NCBI GenBank assembly: GCA_938005545.1
Contig: CALKXV010000001.1
Span: 37,792 to 101,791, forward strand
Length of the DNA stretch: 64,000 nt
Direction: 5' to 3'
Origin: an uncultured Rhodobacteraceae bacterium
Lineage (GTDB): Bacteria > Pseudomonadota > Alphaproteobacteria > Rhodobacterales > Rhodobacteraceae
Part shown: positions 18,401-25,094 of the stretch, one piece after another
How positions within the stretch are numbered: position 1 is the stretch's first letter
Layout of the letters: each line of letters opens with the position of its first letter
Position numbers and translations under genes: made by a program
The notes under the pieces: generated by a model
What the model was told of the DNA's origin: nothing
Database searches by the model: none
What the model saw: only the letters and a program-made list of their open reading frames with translations

Positions 18401-20151
18401 GTGATCGTCGAACCGTCTGCCTCTTCGAAACCAAGTTGGTCGAACGGCGCGCGCGTCTCAACGAATTCTTCCGTTCCGTCCGATCCCGCGGCCAGCATCG
18501 TTTCACTGAAGTTGGCGTTTTCGAATGCACCGAATGGATCGCCAGTAACCGCACCCAAGACATTAGTGCCCGGTCCACCATGACCGCCGCCCTCGGCGCC
18601 GTCCATCATCTGCATCGGTTCGCGGGTGTCATAGCCCTTGTATTCAACACCATCCACCACGGTGACTTTCTCGTCTCCGGTAGGTGCAAGGGCTTCGATG
18701 ACGTTCTCATAATCATCCACAACACCGTAAGTGACGTTGTCGTCAGTCTGGATGTCCTCCACATCCACAAGGTCGCCATGGACAATAACCTGACCGATCA
18801 GGTCACGGTCGTGTGCGCCGCCGTTTCCGTGTTGAACGGAAATCACAGTAATGATCGATTCCAGGGCATCATCGCCCATAACGTCAGCATAGGTGACATA
18901 GGGCACAGCCGTGTGACCAATCACTGCGATCTGGTCTTCGTCGGCGTTGTAATCCGCGATGATATCAATGCCCGAACTGTCGACCCAATGATCGTGCAAC
19001 TCATCATTTTCGCCAGCCACACCGGCCCAATTGATCGTGCCATCCGACTTGATGTGCTGCTGGATGATATCCAATTTTGCATCGATCTGAGGGGAAATCA
19101 GGAACGTGTCCCTGCCTGCACCACCAATCAGAACGTCATCTCCGATAAGCGGTTCATGCGCATAGGCCGAAAGCTTCTGCAAATCTGCGTCCACCTCGCC
19201 ATCGGGATCAGGGCGTGTAACCTGGTCGATGGCCAATTGACCAATCCGTTGTTCACCGGCGTCTGAACGTGCAATCAACAGGTCATTCCCGTCGCCACCT
19301 TCAAGAACATCAGAACCATAACCGCCGTCAAGAACGTCGTCGCCATCGCCACCCCGAAGAATGTCGTTGCCAAAGCCGCCCATCAATTCGTCGTCGCCGC
19401 CCATGCCATTGATGACATCATCAGCACCTTTGCCTGAGACTACGTCGCGCGTTTCACCTGTGGTCGCATCGATTGCGATGTCCAAACTGTCTTCGCCCAA
19501 GAAGAAAGATGGGTGATATTCGTCCACAGGAACCAACGGCACATCCGCTGGTGGGTTTTCGAAATCGGCTTCAGTTTGATAGAAAGCGCTTTGATCGACA
19601 GGCAAACCATCGATCTGAAGCGAAAGCGACATACCGCCGCCGCCATCAAAGTAAAGGAGGTCGATTTCATAAAGACCGCCTTCGAAGTCAGCAACGCGTG
19701 CGGTTTCATCCGCCCCACGACCATTTTCAAATTCAGAAAACTCCACACCACCCAGCTTCAGTTCGAAACCGTCGTCGGATACGACGCTGATCTGGTGAAC
19801 CCCCGGTGGAATGTAGATGAACCCATTCAGTGTGAGTGCAGAAGGCCCCATTTCAAGGCTACCATCGCCTGTGAGGCTGGCGGCGTCATCACCGATAAAC
19901 TCTGCGACCGTTGTGTCGCTTTTCCGGGCGGCATAGTTCAACTCAGACGCAACAAAGGTCGCATCCGGTGTTCCCGCTGCGGCTTCGGCGGCTTTCGTCG
20001 TATTCCAGATGGCAGTCCCCGGCACAAAGGCTGCGCCGAGCAAACCGGTGCCTTGGCTGGGAATGCCGGTGATTGACGAGGCCTCGACCGAGGCGACGAG
20101 GTTGGCAGGTGTGTTCACTGCGGTTGGATCAAAAAAGGCAGTCGTATTCAT
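15499..20151 (-). CDS. Giant (~1550 aa) PA14-like / RTX Ca-binding / LamG-like mosaic protein with polyacidic C-terminus. Probable secreted or surface lectin-adhesin.
   Basis: Single uninterrupted ORF, also open to 20175. GGGAGA SD before ATG 20151. PA14-like motifs (VVSDDGFELKLGG, LLYFDGGGGMSLSL). Two GGxGxD nonapeptide blocks. Two ConA/LamG-like regions. No N-terminal signal peptide. Confidence 0.85.
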   Translation of the reverse strand: MNTTAFFDPTAVNTPANLVASVEASSITGIPSQGTGLLGAAFVPGTAIWNTTKAAEAAAGTPDATFVASELNYAARKSDTTVAEFIGDDAASLTGDGSLEMGPSALTLNGFIYIPPGVHQISVVSDDGFELKLGGVEFSEFENGRGADETARVADFEGGLYEIDLLYFDGGGGMSLSLQIDGLPVDQSAFYQTEADFENPPADVPLVPVDEYHPSFFLGEDSLDIAIDATTGETRDVVSGKGADDVINGMGGDDELMGGFGNDILRGGDGDDVLDGGYGSDVLEGGDGNDLLIARSDAGEQRIGQLAIDQVTRPDPDGEVDADLQKLSAYAHEPLIGDDVLIGGAGRDTFLISPQIDAKLDIIQQHIKSDGTINWAGVAGENDELHDHWVDSSGIDIIADYNADEDQIAVIGHTAVPYVTYADVMGDDALESIITVISVQHGNGGAHDRDLIGQVIVHGDLVDVEDIQTDDNVTYGVVDDYENVIEALAPTGDEKVTVVDGVEYKGYDTREPMQMMDGAEGGGHGGPGTNVLGAVTGDPFGAFENANFSETMLAAGSDGTEEFVETRAPFDQLGFEEADGSTITGDAGNNTLSQADVPEPDGLPGALGFWSLGNGVDGAYADLRADGGEAVKAYTLFENQALLNTDASTDGPDGTPNGALYFNGEDSFAFLDHDPEMAVTQGTIAMWVRPDDLGEKSMFVTKDHSGPEEGSHFRLGHTDDGGLFLRFADPYKTNHTWETGPALADGPVFTEGGWTHLAVSFTENGITVYKDGQPIPDNAWTAVEGGDATPGAQGEAILLQNEEPWVFGADQHRTELNDTAQEFALDDEDLRNEFEGAIADFGVWGGFTADDALDTAELNELITNGPGAALTNPSGAQAIIAANDVIDGAGGNDNIDGEAGDDTLNGGTGNDSIQGGYGDDHVMGDAGNDTLDGGRGSDLLEGGEGDDVLLSRSDTGEQRAGQLILEDPSRPDGGSIDYDYLKLADWIDQDLVGDDVLVGGGGADHFKFETLINAKKDILAEHTNDDGTIRWHGVAGENTYIHDHWVDGIGVDVVADFNKAEGDTISVIGHTTEIEVDYHTIDTDGDGIDDDAVSLITLYSQQGNGGGAHDEDYLGYIVVHGDRVEEDDIETDAGAHYGIVDTIHDIQEAVAPTGETKWIELEDGTMHLGYDTRDVDGDPVGSNPWDYTSNEWYNTGQIDLASSLPDGLEAPAVLLSHDGGVFGGANQPIEVAHDAGQAASEGTWAFSFNADNPGNGQNQALISKDHSGFEDGGHLTAYITGNGALKVRFQSETEDKHLVDWQTKIEAGEDYHFAFTFDEDEIGLYLNGELIDADTGFADGMTGNEEDLVIGGSTRARNGEDDNVEWHFDGTIENLVMLDRPLEEIEILFLAENNGNVDSLGALYGDPVAPTEDDEQEDDEQEEEDTTEDEDTDQEDEAENENEDEAPDDEEVDEDESEGDTTDQDIPAEEEEEEEEEGVGAVFSKIMNIILSLFGLGDDEEDVATPPTSEEIETSLGEVERLLDGLFIDSDENSDAGAVTDDEEEMVMMM
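16633..17508 (-). repeat. Internal module copy 2 (RTX block plus unknown ~220-aa module), ORF aa 890-1181
   Basis: Same motif series as copy 1, offset about 658 aa (about 1.97 kb). Diverged at both protein and DNA level. Confidence 0.8.
18616..19434 (-). repeat. Internal module copy 1 (RTX block plus unknown ~220-aa module), ORF aa 248-520
   Basis: Aligns by eye with aa 890-1181. Shared motifs: SD.GEQR.GQL, GDDVL.GG.G, GVAGEN, HDHWVD, VIGHT, GNGGAHD, VHGD, APTGE, GYDTR. Confidence 0.8.
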
Positions 20152-20709
20152 GGCAATTCTCTCCCGTACGCGCACCTGATCAATTCAGGACGCATTGTCT
20201 TTTCATCAATTCAAAACCATCACATGAAGTGCGGAACACTTCGGGAAACCGAACTAATTTGTGACAACGGTAGGGATCATTGTGGCGACAAAAGGGCTAA
20301 TTCTGGGGCGACATCTGATGACGTAAAATTGAGTGGACATAATGAGCGCGGACTCGCCAATTGGAAAATTTTGACAGTTAGTGTATTGAAAAAAAACAAG
20401 AATATGGATTGTTTCACAGTTGCCAGAAGAAGATCAAACGGGCGCCACTGTTTCATTTTTTCGGAAGGCTTCACAATGACACAATGCCTTGCTGAGTATC
20501 GCAATTTTTGAAACAGCGAATTGGTACAATATGGCAAAGTCAACTTAATGCTTGGTCGAATCGTCAGGAATTAAGCAGGAATTGGTGATCGTCCTTGATT
20601 GAATAAAGATTAATTTGTCTTTGATACCAGGAACGGTGCAAGACATGAGCAATTGCCGGAACGCCGCGATAACTGCTTATTTCGCTGAATATTTCACATC
20701 TGTATCGTG

Positions 20710-20747
20710 TCGGTATTACGTCGGTATCGCGTCGGTGCATTTTCGGT
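20710..20747. repeat. Four TCGGT cores phased at exactly 11 bp (candidate regulator binding array)
   Basis: TCGGT occurs at 20710, 20721, 20732 and 20743 within gtgTCGGTAtta cgTCGGTAtcg cgTCGGTGcat ttTCGGTAatcg. Lies in the AT-rich region upstream of the giant gene. Confidence 0.5.
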
Positions 20748-20922
20748 AATCGGGTTTTGGAGATCTATATATAGTGTTTGGAACAGGAAATCGTCTTTGT
20801 TGAGTCCGTCTTGTCGCATTGAGCCACCATTCGAACCAATTCCAGATCAAACTTGCCCGACCAAAATCGTCGGATGTCTCCTTCGAGCCCCATTTTACCA
20901 GATGCTGCACAACCCACCAACG

Positions 20923-21615
20923 TCAGCTTTGCATCCGTTTCGCTGTCGCTTCTTCCCATCCCTTGAGCAACGCCGCCCGTCGTCCCGGATACTTCTGGCC
21001 CAGTACTTTCAGCTCTACGACCCTTTCTGTCTTGAAGTGCCGAAAGTCGTCTTTGGTCTCGCACCACCCCACGAGGTATCGCGTTCGATCCAAGAATGCG
21101 ATCATTAGCGGCCAGACAACCCTGCCAGTCGTGCTGCCATCGCGGTCCGTATATATGAGTTGCAATCTGTACCTTTCCCGAATGGCATGGCGCAGCAGGG
21201 CGCTATCGAAACGTTCGGACACCCTAGCGCGCGTCTGAATAGGCTTTGTGCTTGCGTCCAGCACCACCGGGCGCAGTTCCTTCGGGATGGCCAAAGAGAG
21301 CTTTGACACCAAATCCCGTGCGGCCCGGGCAAGCGAGGGATCGGCCTCAGATGCCACCCACGCGGCACCAAGGGCTGCCGCCTCTAACTCGTCTGCTGTG
21401 AGCATCAAGGGCGGCATGTCATAACCATCGTCAAGCACGTATCCGATCCCCGCCTCGCCCGTGATGGGGATGCGCTGTGCATGAAGCTCGGCCATATCGC
21501 GGTAGAGCGTGCTAAGAGATATCTCCAATTCATCTGCCAACTCCCGTCCTGTGATTGGCGACCGGGTAGATCGTAGTATTTGGATAATCTGGAACAGACG
21601 TTCAGTGCGACGCAT
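20923..21615 (-). CDS. YafY-family transcriptional regulator (HTH + WYL domain)
   Basis: 230 aa. MRRTERLFQIIQILRSTRSPITGRELADELEISLSTLYRDMAEL is a typical HTH_11/DeoR-like N-terminus. The C-terminal half is WYL-like (YTDRDGSTTGRVVWP...LVGWCE). Confidence 0.8.
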   Translation of the reverse strand: MRRTERLFQIIQILRSTRSPITGRELADELEISLSTLYRDMAELHAQRIPITGEAGIGYVLDDGYDMPPLMLTADELEAAALGAAWVASEADPSLARAARDLVSKLSLAIPKELRPVVLDASTKPIQTRARVSERFDSALLRHAIRERYRLQLIYTDRDGSTTGRVVWPLMIAFLDRTRYLVGWCETKDDFRHFKTERVVELKVLGQKYPGRRAALLKGWEEATAKRMQS

Positions 21616-21624
21616 TTTTTCATC

Positions 21625-21659
21625 CTCCTCTCACACTACTGTCATAACGGTGAGAGGAG
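21625..21659. promoter_or_regulatory. 10-bp perfect inverted repeat overlapping the yafY SD
   Basis: CTCCTCTCAC (21625-21634), a 15-nt spacer, then GTGAGAGGAG (21650-21659). On the minus strand the proximal arm contains the GAGGAGG SD of yafY. Confidence 0.45.
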
Positions 21660-21715
21660 CGTAGTTCTAGGACAGGATCAGAAACCGACTGACATGCAAA
21701 CAAACGGAGCCAAAA

Positions 21716-22171
21716 ATGATCCACCATGAACGCAACCTAACAATCGACGCAGCCCCAGAGGCCGTCTGGGCGGTGTTGAGCCAATACATGCACATCGACG
21801 CATTCGCGCCGCAAATCACATCCGTTGATGCCTTAACCGACGGCGAAGTTGGAAAGGGCTCAAAGCGCCGCAACCATTTTGCCAATGGCACATCCGTAGT
21901 TGAAGAGGTGACGGCCTGGAAGCCGGGCAGCGGCTATACAGTCAAGCTATCTGAGATGGCCGCGATGCCGCTGCACGAAGCCAGTTCCGATATCCGCATC
22001 ACGCCAATCGGCGGCAAATCCAAAGTGACTTGGACCTTCGATTATCGCGTGAAATACGGGCCGATAGGATGGCTGATGGGCCAGACCATGATGAAAATGA
22101 TGATGGGCAAGATTATCGATGCAAACCTTCAAGGGCTCTCAGAGAAGGTTCGCTTAGGGCGGTCCACGTGA
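21716..22171 (+). CDS. SRPBCC (START/polyketide-cyclase-like) ligand-binding protein
   Basis: 151 aa. The pattern I.A.PE.VWAVLS...W.PG.GY is typical of SRPBCC family proteins. Divergent from yafY. Confidence 0.65.
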   Translation: MIHHERNLTIDAAPEAVWAVLSQYMHIDAFAPQITSVDALTDGEVGKGSKRRNHFANGTSVVEEVTAWKPGSGYTVKLSEMAAMPLHEASSDIRITPIGGKSKVTWTFDYRVKYGPIGWLMGQTMMKMMMGKIIDANLQGLSEKVRLGRST

Positions 22172-23027
22172 GAGTTTAGAGCATGCTGCTCCGCCTCTGA
22201 TGTCGGCAGTGAGCCCATAGCAGAAGTGTTGAAATCGTTTAGCGCGGGCTCGCAGCGTGAAAATCGCTGCATCTGCTCGGTTCGTGGCGCTGCGCAGCGG
22301 TGGAGATACCTGCCATTCAGTCGCGGCGCAGCAAAGATTTAGGTGGCAAGGATCAAGTCCGGGACTTTGCCTACTTTCGCCGCGGCTGCGCCAATGTTCT
22401 CTATCTGCGGTCGTTAATTCAAGAGCGTAATTTGATTTCATCGGGTTCATGGTTCTCTCCGAGGTCGGCAGTGCCGCCTCATAATGGCGTCGGGGACTGG
22501 CGCATCAAAAAGGCCCGCTGCGAGGTCGCCTGAGTTCAAGCGCATCGACATTGGTAGGCGAGGTCATCCAGCCACCGTCCCGATGGGACGTCTTTAAACC
22601 CAGGCGGGCGTATTGGGTTTGGGTTACCTCATGCAGGCAGCTCCTCTTTGGTCCAGGCGAAGGTTGTTCCATCGCGCCAGATTCGGGTCATGTCGACACG
22701 AGAGGTGCCAGCCTGCTGGACGTAAGAGGTGGGCGGGTGCGGTATTCATCGGTGACTATAAGATTTGTGCGCTGTCGAACCTGTCTGATCAAGTATTGGT
22801 TTCAATTGGTGCCGCAGTTTGTTCACGATGCAGCATCCGGCAAAAGGGTTTAAAGTCCCCGGAGTATTGAACACACCGAAAGCCGAAATTCCTGGCTTGG
22901 TTGACGATCCGTTTTTGGGTTCATGGATAAATACAGCGTTCTTTTGGCAGAACGGATCAACCGCACTGTTCAAGCGAAATTCTGTCCTCTAAACTTTCGA
23001 AGCCCAAACCGTAGGGATTTGTCCTGA

Positions 23028-23480
23028 ATGAAATCACATGAAGACGAGCGCCTCGCACACTTGGTGCGGTTGCTTGAGCGTCAGTTTCGCCGCAGCCTTC
23101 AAGGCAGGCTAAAAATCCATGATGTTATGTTCGGTCACTGGGAATTCCTGCGCATTCTTTGGGATGAAGAAGGCCTGTCGCAAAAAGAACTCGCACATCG
23201 GGCAGGCCTTACGGGCCCAACTGCGCATACAGCTTTAAACAAGATGGAGGCCAAAGGACTAATCGTAAGAGAGGTTCCCGAAGGTGGGAACAGCCGGCCA
23301 GTGATCAATCTGAGTGCTTTAGGGCGATCGCTCAGAGGTACCTTGGAACCGCTCGCGGTCAGCACCAATGATATTGCAGTCAAAGGTATGTCAGAAGAAG
23401 AGATTGCCCAAATGCGCAGACTTCTGCTTCAGATGAACCGCAACTTGGCAGCAGATGTGGTGGAAGGCTTCGCCAAATAA
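23028..23480 (+). CDS. MarR-family transcriptional regulator
   Basis: 150 aa with a winged-helix core (LSQKELAHRAGLTGPTAHTALNKMEAKGLIVRE). Confidence 0.85.
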   Translation: MKSHEDERLAHLVRLLERQFRRSLQGRLKIHDVMFGHWEFLRILWDEEGLSQKELAHRAGLTGPTAHTALNKMEAKGLIVREVPEGGNSRPVINLSALGRSLRGTLEPLAVSTNDIAVKGMSEEEIAQMRRLLLQMNRNLAADVVEGFAK

Positions 23481-23524
23481 TTTTCAAAAAGCAGACGTCT
23501 ATTTTTCTTGCATGTCTGCGTTAA

Positions 23525-23556
23525 CTCCCTAAAATTAGATATCTAATTTTAGGGAG
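23525..23556. promoter_or_regulatory. 32-bp perfect palindrome (candidate MarR operator) overlapping the yceI promoter and SD
   Basis: CTCCCTAAAATTAGAT|ATCTAATTTTAGGGAG. Overlaps TTGCAT(23508)-N16-TAAAAT(23530) and the GGGAG SD 6 nt before ATG 23563. Confidence 0.6.
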
Positions 23557-23562
23557 AAGAAG

Positions 23563-24147
23563 ATGAAGATGCCTTTCGGAAAGGGACTCGGCCCTCTTTT
23601 AGCCATTGGAATGCTGGCAACGCCCGCGTTTGCCGTTGATGAGTACACGGTGGACGGCGCTCATACGCTTGTAGCGTTTAAATTGAACCACCTGGGCTTC
23701 TCAAGCAGTTTGGGTTGGATGACCAATGTCTCCGGAACGATCAGCTACGACGCAGATGATGTGGCAAAAAGCACCGTATCCGTATCCATGGCCGCCGATT
23801 CCGTTAACACTAACAATGCGGAGCGCGATGGCTGGATCAAATCGGACAAGGTACTGAATACAGCCGTCAACCCGGCGATTACCTTTCAGTCCACCGGCAT
23901 CGAAATCATGTCAGAGACAACCGGCAAAATCACAGGTGATTTGACCATGAATGGCGTGACCAAATCTGTTGTTTTGGATGCAGTGTTCAATGGTTCTGGT
24001 CCAAACCCACTGTCCAAGAAGGAAACCATAGGTGTGAGTGCTTCGACGACTATTCTGCGGTCAGAATGGGGTGTGTCGGCATTTGTTGGCCCGCTTGGGG
24101 ATGAAGTCGAAATCCAGATCGAGTTGGAAGCTATCAAAGCTGAGTAA
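23563..24147 (+). CDS. YceI-family periplasmic (polyisoprenoid-binding-like) protein
   Basis: 194 aa with a signal peptide. YceI motifs: HTLVAFKLNHLGFSS, ITGDLTMNGVTKSV, VEIQIELEAIK. Confidence 0.85.
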   Translation: MKMPFGKGLGPLLAIGMLATPAFAVDEYTVDGAHTLVAFKLNHLGFSSSLGWMTNVSGTISYDADDVAKSTVSVSMAADSVNTNNAERDGWIKSDKVLNTAVNPAITFQSTGIEIMSETTGKITGDLTMNGVTKSVVLDAVFNGSGPNPLSKKETIGVSASTTILRSEWGVSAFVGPLGDEVEIQIELEAIKAE

Positions 24148-24242
24148 GCTTTTAGGCCATGCAAATAGTGAGCTTGCGGTTGGGTGGGTCAGTGTAGAAC
24201 ACATTGACCTGCCCGAGTGTGTTCAGATCAAAGAGAGAAACT

Positions 24243-25094
24243 ATGAAATTTTGCCGGTTTAACACAGATCGCTTAGGGGTCGCTGAGGGTGACGACATTT
24301 TGGACGTTACGGATGCGCTCAACGCACTGCCCGATGTGAAATGGGTCCGCACTGTGCACGACCCTTGTGTGGCATCACTTGGTGAAATTTCCGCCAAAGC
24401 GCGTGCTTTGCTTGCGACGGCACCGCGGTTAAAACGGGCGGATGTAAAGCTTGAAGCGCCCGTTGCGTTGCCGTCCAAAATCATTGGCGCGCCTGTGAAC
24501 TATCATGCCCATCTTGACGAGGCTCAGGAGGATCAGGGGTTGCACCAGGGCGCCAAAGTCCATCCGATTGATGAAATTGGGTGCTTCCTGAAAGCGGGTT
24601 CATCGCTTGTGGGCGACGGTGCCACGATCATCTTGCCACGTGATGCCGCGCGCGTGGATCATGAAGCAGAGGTCGCGGTGATCATCGGTAAAGCTGGCCG
24701 CAACATCTCTGCCAATGACGCGATGGACTATGTCGCCGGTTACAGCCTTGCCCTGGACATGACGGTGCGGGGCAAACAAGATCGGTCAATGCGCAAGTCC
24801 TGTGATGGTTTCGCGGTGCTTGGCCCGACGTTGGCCACACCAGACGAAATCACGGGCCCCACAAGTATCGCGTTTTCACTGTCGGTGAACGGCGAGGTGA
24901 GACAGGCCGCAGATACCAGTCTTTTGATCCGCTCGATCCCTGAACTTATCGAGATGTGTTCGGCGTTCTACAGCCTGCTGCCGGGCGACGTTATCATGAC
25001 GGGCACGCCTGCCGGTGTAGGCCCTGTCATCACGGGCGATGTTGTCGAAGTGACATCACCAGAACTTGGCGCGCTCACGGTCCATATCGCCTAG
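24243..25094 (+). CDS. Fumarylacetoacetate hydrolase (FAH) family hydrolase/isomerase
   Basis: About 283 aa. The FAH core IIGAPVNYHAH...DHEAEVAVIIGK...GDVIMTGTPAGVGP is present. Start taken at ATG 24243 (MKFCRF). Confidence 0.85.
   Translation: MKFCRFNTDRLGVAEGDDILDVTDALNALPDVKWVRTVHDPCVASLGEISAKARALLATAPRLKRADVKLEAPVALPSKIIGAPVNYHAHLDEAQEDQGLHQGAKVHPIDEIGCFLKAGSSLVGDGATIILPRDAARVDHEAEVAVIIGKAGRNISANDAMDYVAGYSLALDMTVRGKQDRSMRKSCDGFAVLGPTLATPDEITGPTSIAFSLSVNGEVRQAADTSLLIRSIPELIEMCSAFYSLLPGDVIMTGTPAGVGPVITGDVVEVTSPELGALTVHIA

Noticed and set aside
16651-19266. Long plus-strand ORFs (16651-17544, 297 aa; 18370-19266, 298 aa; and several shorter ones) antisense to the giant gene
   Set aside because: They lie entirely inside a strongly supported minus-strand gene. 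Their openness is a side effect of the GAx/GGx-rich (Asp/Glu/Gly) codon usage on the other strand. The translations are low-complexity with no motifs.
20224-20543. ORFs of 95 aa (+) and 88 aa (-) in the AT-rich region upstream of the giant gene
   Set aside because: They mutually overlap and the translations are Lys/Asn/Cys-rich with no SD. This is more likely regulatory DNA.
23491-23519. Hairpin GCAGAC...GTCTGC after marR as a terminator
   Set aside because: The stem is only 6 bp, the loop is 17 nt and there is no T-tract. This is too weak, and marR-yceI read-through is possible.
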